A stretch of 64,000 bases of DNA from Candidatus Poribacteria bacterium (GTDB lineage: Bacteria; Poribacteria; WGA-4E; PCPOR2b). Shown in pieces: positions 59,497 through 64,000 of this stretch; within the stretch, counting starts at the first letter, position 1, and each line of letters opens with the position of its first letter. A model generated the notes under the pieces. That model did no database searches. It was not told the origin of the DNA and saw only the letters and a list, made by a program, of their open reading frames with translations. The stretch lies in assembly GCA_965116925.1 (NCBI GenBank), contig OZ220744.1:4736001-4800000 (forward strand), written 5' to 3'. A program made the translations under genes and the position numbers.

Positions 59497-60918
59497 ATGG
59501 CACAACCAATCGTAGCAATCGTTGGAAGACCCAACGTGGGGAAATCTTCCCTCTTCAATCTGATTGCGAAAGAGCAGATCGCTGTCGTTCACGATCAGCC
59601 GGGTGTAACGCGAGACCGGATTTATGCTGATGTCGAGTGGGATGATGGTTATTTTACCGTTGTGGATACCGGCGGTTTAGATCTCGATCCGGAGGATCCC
59701 CTCATCGACAGCGTCCAGTGGCAGGTCGAAGTGGCTTTAGAGGAGGCGACGGTTATCCTGTTTGTCGTTGACGCGCAGACGGGAATTATGCCGCAAGATT
59801 TGCTAATTGCGGATATGCTGAGAAAAACGGATAAAGAGATTTTTGTCGTCGTCAATAAAGCGGATAACGCTCGGTTAGAGACCGAAGGGACAGAGTTTTA
59901 CCAACTTGCACTCGGCGAACCCTTCTTTACCTCGTGTGCACAGAACATGGGGATTAATATTCTACTTGACGAAGTTGTATTCGCCATGCCGGAAGCAGAG
60001 GCTGAAAGTCCCGATGCCGTTACCGAACCGATTAAAATTGCCATCGTCGGCCGTCCGAATGCAGGTAAATCATCTCTCATCAATGCAATTCTCGGCGAAG
60101 ACCGGATGATTGTCGATGACCGTCCTGGCACAACGCGCGACGCCGTAAACATCAGTTTTACCCATGACGCTGTGCCGTTTGAGTTGATTGACACCGCAGG
60201 GATGCGTCGGAAATCTGCTATCAATAGCCAACTTGAACAATCGACCGTCCAACGCGCTATCCGTAGCATTCGCAAAAGTGATATTTCATGGCTCGTCGTC
60301 GATGCCACCCGCGAAATAGCGCATCAAGACAAGACCATCGGCAGTTACATCGCCAGACAGGGTAAACCGTGCATCTTGGCGGTCAACAAATGGGACTTAA
60401 TCGCAAAAGATAACTCCACCTTTAATGAGTTCGTCAAGTCAATTCGCCGTCAGATGCCGCAGCTATTCTATGTCCCGATGCTCTTCGTTTCGGCACTTAC
60501 AGATCTGCGTGTGATGAAGCTGCTTGACCTCACACTTACTATTCATCGTGAGTATTCAACGAGTGTCCCCACACATGAGTTAAACAACCTGCTCGCATAC
60601 CTCAAAAATGCCCATCAACCCCCACGCTCTGGAAATGTGCGCCCCTCTCTGAAATATATGACACAGATTAAGACCCAACCGCCAACCTTTCTGCTTTTTG
60701 CTCGCCATGCAGATAAAATCCAGCCTCATTACGAAGCCTACTTGATAAACGGTATCCGTGAGGCATTCGGGTTCAGCGGGACGCCGTTACGAATTTACTA
60801 TCGATCGGCAGACGCGAAACCGGAGCCAAATTCCCGTGGCAAGCGGAAAGCAGGCAGAAAGAACGAGAGGCGCAATTTGCCGCTGCGGGAAAATGCAGGG
60901 CGTGAAACAGGAGAATAG
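59497..60918 (+). CDS. der: Ribosome biogenesis GTPase Der (EngA)
   Basis: Two GTPase domains: GRPNVGKS/DTGG/NKAD and GRPNAGKS/DTAG/NKWD. Confidence 0.97.
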   Translation: MAQPIVAIVGRPNVGKSSLFNLIAKEQIAVVHDQPGVTRDRIYADVEWDDGYFTVVDTGGLDLDPEDPLIDSVQWQVEVALEEATVILFVVDAQTGIMPQDLLIADMLRKTDKEIFVVVNKADNARLETEGTEFYQLALGEPFFTSCAQNMGINILLDEVVFAMPEAEAESPDAVTEPIKIAIVGRPNAGKSSLINAILGEDRMIVDDRPGTTRDAVNISFTHDAVPFELIDTAGMRRKSAINSQLEQSTVQRAIRSIRKSDISWLVVDATREIAHQDKTIGSYIARQGKPCILAVNKWDLIAKDNSTFNEFVKSIRRQMPQLFYVPMLFVSALTDLRVMKLLDLTLTIHREYSTSVPTHELNNLLAYLKNAHQPPRSGNVRPSLKYMTQIKTQPPTFLLFARHADKIQPHYEAYLINGIREAFGFSGTPLRIYYRSADAKPEPNSRGKRKAGRKNERRNLPLRENAGRETGE

Positions 60919-60919
60919 C

Positions 60920-61747
60920 ATGTCATTAGAGCAAGACTTGGGATTTTTTGCAACAGACGTTTCACTGGAAGGCAGAAGCGCGATCGTCACCGGTTCGAGT
61001 CGAGGCATCGGCAGGGCGATCGCTATTGAACTCGCACGGCAGGGGACGAATGTCCTTGTTAATTACAACAACAATCGTGAAGCGGCGGAGGAAGTTAGGG
61101 ACGAGATCGAAAAACTCGGTCGAAAAGCGGTTATCGTGCAAGCGGATGTCAGCGATCTTGCACAACACCAGAAATTGCTTGATACGGCGATGGATGCCTT
61201 TGGCGGGGTTGATATTCTAGTCAACAATGCGGGCATTACACGGATCGCCGACATCCTTGAAGAATCCGAAGAGGATTTTGATATCCTCATTAAGACCAAT
61301 CTCAAAGCACCGCACTTTTTGACACAACGGGTTGCAAACTACATGATCGCCGAGGGGATTCGCGGGTGTATCGTTTATACCCTATCCATTTCAGACTCGC
61401 TCGCATCTGACAACCGCGCTGCCTACTGTATTTCCAAAGCGGGTTTAGAGATGGATATGAAGGTCTACGCAGGACGATTGGCAGAAGAAGGCATAAAGGT
61501 CAACGGAATTGAGGCGGGTGTTATCGACACAGATCTATCGCGGATTCGCATTCCAGACTACGAGGAGGCGTCGAAAAAGGGATATGTCTTTATGGTTAGG
61601 CCGGGTAAACCGGAAGATATCGCCTATGCTGCCATCGCTGCGATGAAGATATACGACACAGGCCGATTGATTCCTGCGGCGGGGGGAACCATGACCCACC
61701 TATTGAATCTGCGGATGATGACCGAATTGGACAGCAATCGATCGTGA
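60920..61747 (+). CDS. SDR family oxidoreductase
   Basis: TGSSRGIG, NNAG, YCISK. Confidence 0.9.
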   Translation: MSLEQDLGFFATDVSLEGRSAIVTGSSRGIGRAIAIELARQGTNVLVNYNNNREAAEEVRDEIEKLGRKAVIVQADVSDLAQHQKLLDTAMDAFGGVDILVNNAGITRIADILEESEEDFDILIKTNLKAPHFLTQRVANYMIAEGIRGCIVYTLSISDSLASDNRAAYCISKAGLEMDMKVYAGRLAEEGIKVNGIEAGVIDTDLSRIRIPDYEEASKKGYVFMVRPGKPEDIAYAAIAAMKIYDTGRLIPAAGGTMTHLLNLRMMTELDSNRS

Positions 61748-61845
61748 GGATAACGTAACTTTTTAGCAGAAATGTTAAAATTAGACTAAACGGCAACTCG
61801 TTGGGCGAGGCAACCTCGCCCCTACGATTGGATGCCTATCGGTAA

Positions 61846-62012
61846 TTGACATACTCCCAAACCTAAAGGATTGGGATTCTTATCCCGATTTATCGGGACT
61901 CCGAGAATCGGAGCGCGCCCCGTGCCAATAGGAGTCGAATTGCGCTATCAACAAGGACAGCTATCCGAAGATAGTCTTACGTCCTCTCCTTCGAGGGTTG
62001 ATGCCCCAACCC
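61846..62012 (-). ncRNA. Putative TnpB reRNA (omegaRNA) scaffold
   Basis: Hairpin-rich segment overlapping the tnpB 3' end (GGTTGGGGCATCAACC, CTATC-TTCG-GATAG) and running to the right end; position follows the established TnpB architecture. Confidence 0.6.
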
Positions 62013-63084
62013 GGTAGATGTTAATCGCAGCGTTGCGGTCTCGGTCATGCCGCATGCCACAATCGCTACACTGCCAGTTTCTATCACGCAGATTCAACGT
62101 TTCATTGACCACACCACAAACCGAGCAAGTTTTACTGGAGGGATACCACTTATCAATGAAGGTGATTTTGACACCTTTTTTCTTGGCGATATACACCAAT
62201 TTCTTGACGAAATCGGCAAATCCTAAGTCACTGACTTTGCGGCCCCATAGGGCTTTCATGCCTTTAAGGTTCAAGTCTTCAAGACGGATTTCGTCGTATT
62301 CATCGGTCAGTTGGTGTGCCAACTTCCAGTGGAAATCCTCCCGTTGGCGCTCAATCTTACGGTGTTGTCGGGCTAAATCAAGCCGTGCACGTTCACGGTT
62401 ATTTGACTGCTTCTTTTTCCGTGAATGGTTACGATTGGCACGTTTGATAACGTTGATGCTTCGTTTGAAAAACTGTGGCGATTCTATATCGTGTCCGTTA
62501 TGACCGGCGAGATACCGTTTCAGACCGAAGTCGAAGCCTGCGATTTTACCCGTCATGACTCGATTGAGGTCTGGTTCATCATAGTCCGTTAGAATCGTGA
62601 TATAGACATCACCTACGGTGTCCCGTTTAATGGTGCAACGTTTTGGACTACCAAACACATCACGGGACTTGAAATACTGATAGATACGTTTACCAATTCT
62701 AATACGATTGCCCGGCAGTAACTTCCAACCGGCTTGAAGTAAGGTGAATGATTTGTACTTACGACGGGGCTTGAAACGGGGACGACCCCATGCTTTGCCT
62801 TGCACACGCGCTTCAAACATTGCCTTATACCCTTTGTCAATACGGGAAGCCACGTCCTGTATCGATTGGCTTGGCAGCTGATTCCAATGGGAAAAACGAG
62901 GTAATCGTTTCAGTTTGGATATATGATTGATTAACCTAAACTTGCTGATATATTTGCCATAGATTGCATAGTAACGACGCTGAAGGGCAACGCAGTGATT
63001 CCAGACGTGAGCATGACCATCTATCGTCTTATGCAATTCGCGATTGCCGTGATTGCTATACAACTTGAACTTGTAAGTTTTCAT
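61948..63084 (-). CDS. tnpB: RNA-guided endonuclease TnpB
   Basis: MKTYKFKLY, RuvC-I GFDFG, RuvC-II LEDL, CSVC/CSDC zinc finger, RuvC-III DRDRNAA. Confidence 0.95.
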   Translation of the reverse strand: MKTYKFKLYSNHGNRELHKTIDGHAHVWNHCVALQRRYYAIYGKYISKFRLINHISKLKRLPRFSHWNQLPSQSIQDVASRIDKGYKAMFEARVQGKAWGRPRFKPRRKYKSFTLLQAGWKLLPGNRIRIGKRIYQYFKSRDVFGSPKRCTIKRDTVGDVYITILTDYDEPDLNRVMTGKIAGFDFGLKRYLAGHNGHDIESPQFFKRSINVIKRANRNHSRKKKQSNNRERARLDLARQHRKIERQREDFHWKLAHQLTDEYDEIRLEDLNLKGMKALWGRKVSDLGFADFVKKLVYIAKKKGVKITFIDKWYPSSKTCSVCGVVNETLNLRDRNWQCSDCGMRHDRDRNAAINIYRVGASTLEGEDVRLSSDSCPC

Positions 63085-63100
63085 CGGAGAATAGCTTTCT

Positions 63101-63174
63101 GGCTTTCATTTCCATGACAGTGGAGCGTGGGAGACCCTATCGTGCGATAGGGCTGTCATTCTCCCACGAAAGCC
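63101..63174 (-). ncRNA. Structured pseudoknotted 5' leader of tnpB
   Basis: Four perfect pairings: GGCTTTC/GAAAGCC, GTGGGAGA/TCTCCCAC, CCCTATCG/CGATAGGG and crossing ATGACAG/CTGTCAT. Confidence 0.65.
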
Positions 63175-63180
63175 GAGACA

Positions 63181-63209
63181 AGTATACCATTTTTGACCTA
63201 CAAAATCAA
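63181..63209 (-). promoter_or_regulatory. Putative sigma70 promoter of tnpB
   Basis: TTGATT-17nt-TATACT with an extended TG; predicted +1 near 63174. Confidence 0.7.
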
Positions 63210-63325
63210 TGAAAAATCACGCTAAAGCGTGTGTGTATCCCAAATCTAAAGATTTGGGTTTTACACCTAAAGGATTTTTTGATAACAGACACACTTCACA
63301 CAAACGTCAACACGCCCGAACCACA

Positions 63326-64000
63326 TCACGGATTCACATAGGTTTCATTCATATACCGAGCGATGATTTTGATATCCTCCTCTTCGAGGAAAAGGCCGTT
63401 ATCAATCATGCGAGCGATAAGTTCTGTAGTTTCCTCCTCCGATGTTGGCGGAACGTTATCAACGTCTGAAAGGTCATGGCAGAGGGAACAGGTGATTTCA
63501 AATAGTTCCCTCGCAGCTTCCGGGTCGTAGGCATCTTCAACCGGCGTTTCATCGGTCTCCCCAACCTCATCCGGATTCACAATTTCTTCGTCTGGATTCA
63601 CAATCACTTCATCCGGATTTACAATCACCTCATCTACCACTTCATCCGGATTTGTCAAAACAGCTAAAGCGTTTTGCGCTTGGCTAGCCTGCATTCGCTG
63701 CCTCCGCTGTTCTTTCGCTGAAACTTGCAGTTCGGGCGTGATCGCGATAAGATATGCGGATACCGTCCACTGATCTTCTAGGGAAATTGGTTCCCCTACC
63801 ATCGGCTTGATCGCCATCCGATCCACCGTTCGCACCCAATCCGGCGGGGTACGTGGACGCGCTAAGATAGTTCTTAAATCGTGGCACTGAACGCACTTCT
63901 TCAATAGAACGTCCTGCCCCTCGCGCAATTTCCGCCTCGTAGCCAGCTTATCAAGTGGCGCGTCAGGCGGCAATCCCGCCATTTGCAGTCGTGTATGTGT
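63326..64000 (-). CDS. c-type cytochrome protein with at least two haem motifs, 3' part (start outside window)
   Basis: CVQCH...W..TVDRM and CSLCH...RM domains. Confidence 0.8.
   Translation of the reverse strand, partial: THTRLQMAGLPPDAPLDKLATRRKLREGQDVLLKKCVQCHDLRTILARPRTPPDWVRTVDRMAIKPMVGEPISLEDQWTVSAYLIAITPELQVSAKEQRRQRMQASQAQNALAVLTNPDEVVDEVIVNPDEVIVNPDEEIVNPDEVGETDETPVEDAYDPEAARELFEITCSLCHDLSDVDNVPPTSEEETTELIARMIDNGLFLEEEDIKIIARYMNETYVNP
63565..63653 (-). repeat. 21-bp coding tandem repeat (VIVNPDE)
   Basis: NPDEV...VIVNPDE VIVNPDE EIVNPDE linker between the haem domains. Confidence 0.8.

Larger units (their letters stand above)
61846..63281 (-). mobile_element. Non-autonomous IS200/IS605-family element (tnpB only)
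   Basis: Related subterminal hairpins CCCAAACCTAAAGGATTGGG (61856) and CCCAAATCTAAAGATTTGGG (63239); right end ...GTATGTCAA; TTAT just outside the proposed left end; no tnpA. Ends are inferred. Confidence 0.75.

Overview
Bacterial chromosomal window of moderate GC. Many PhyH dioxygenases, DapA-like aldolases, a Gfo/Idh/MocA oxidoreductase, an FGE-type domain and dense GTAG-REP/MITE repeats suggest a Candidatus Poribacteria-like organism, but this is inference only. Housekeeping blocks: a PyrR-attenuated pyrimidine operon (HD hydrolase-pyrR-pyrC-GNAT-carA-carB, no pyrB), aroA/aroK/aroQ-efp-accB, ilvD, rlmB, a six-tRNA cluster followed by tig-clpP-clpX-lon-S4 protein, and der. Accessory content: catabolic genes, a type II R-M pair, intact and decayed toxin-antitoxin modules, an orphan PglZ, a cas6 relic and a TnpB-only IS200/IS605 element. 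The top finding, missed by the ORF track, is one 331-aa exported tandem peroxiredoxin (9312-10307). It has in-frame UGA codons at both peroxidatic positions, each followed by the same SECIS-like hairpin, so it is probably a double selenoprotein. Other highlights: a pseudoknotted leader starting at the predicted tnpB transcription start, an AibH1H2/Rieske-like oxygenase cluster, a palindromic repeat inserted in frame into PglZ, a second possible Sec codon in an FGE domain, and a nested MITE. All family calls are from motif recognition by eye; no searches were run.
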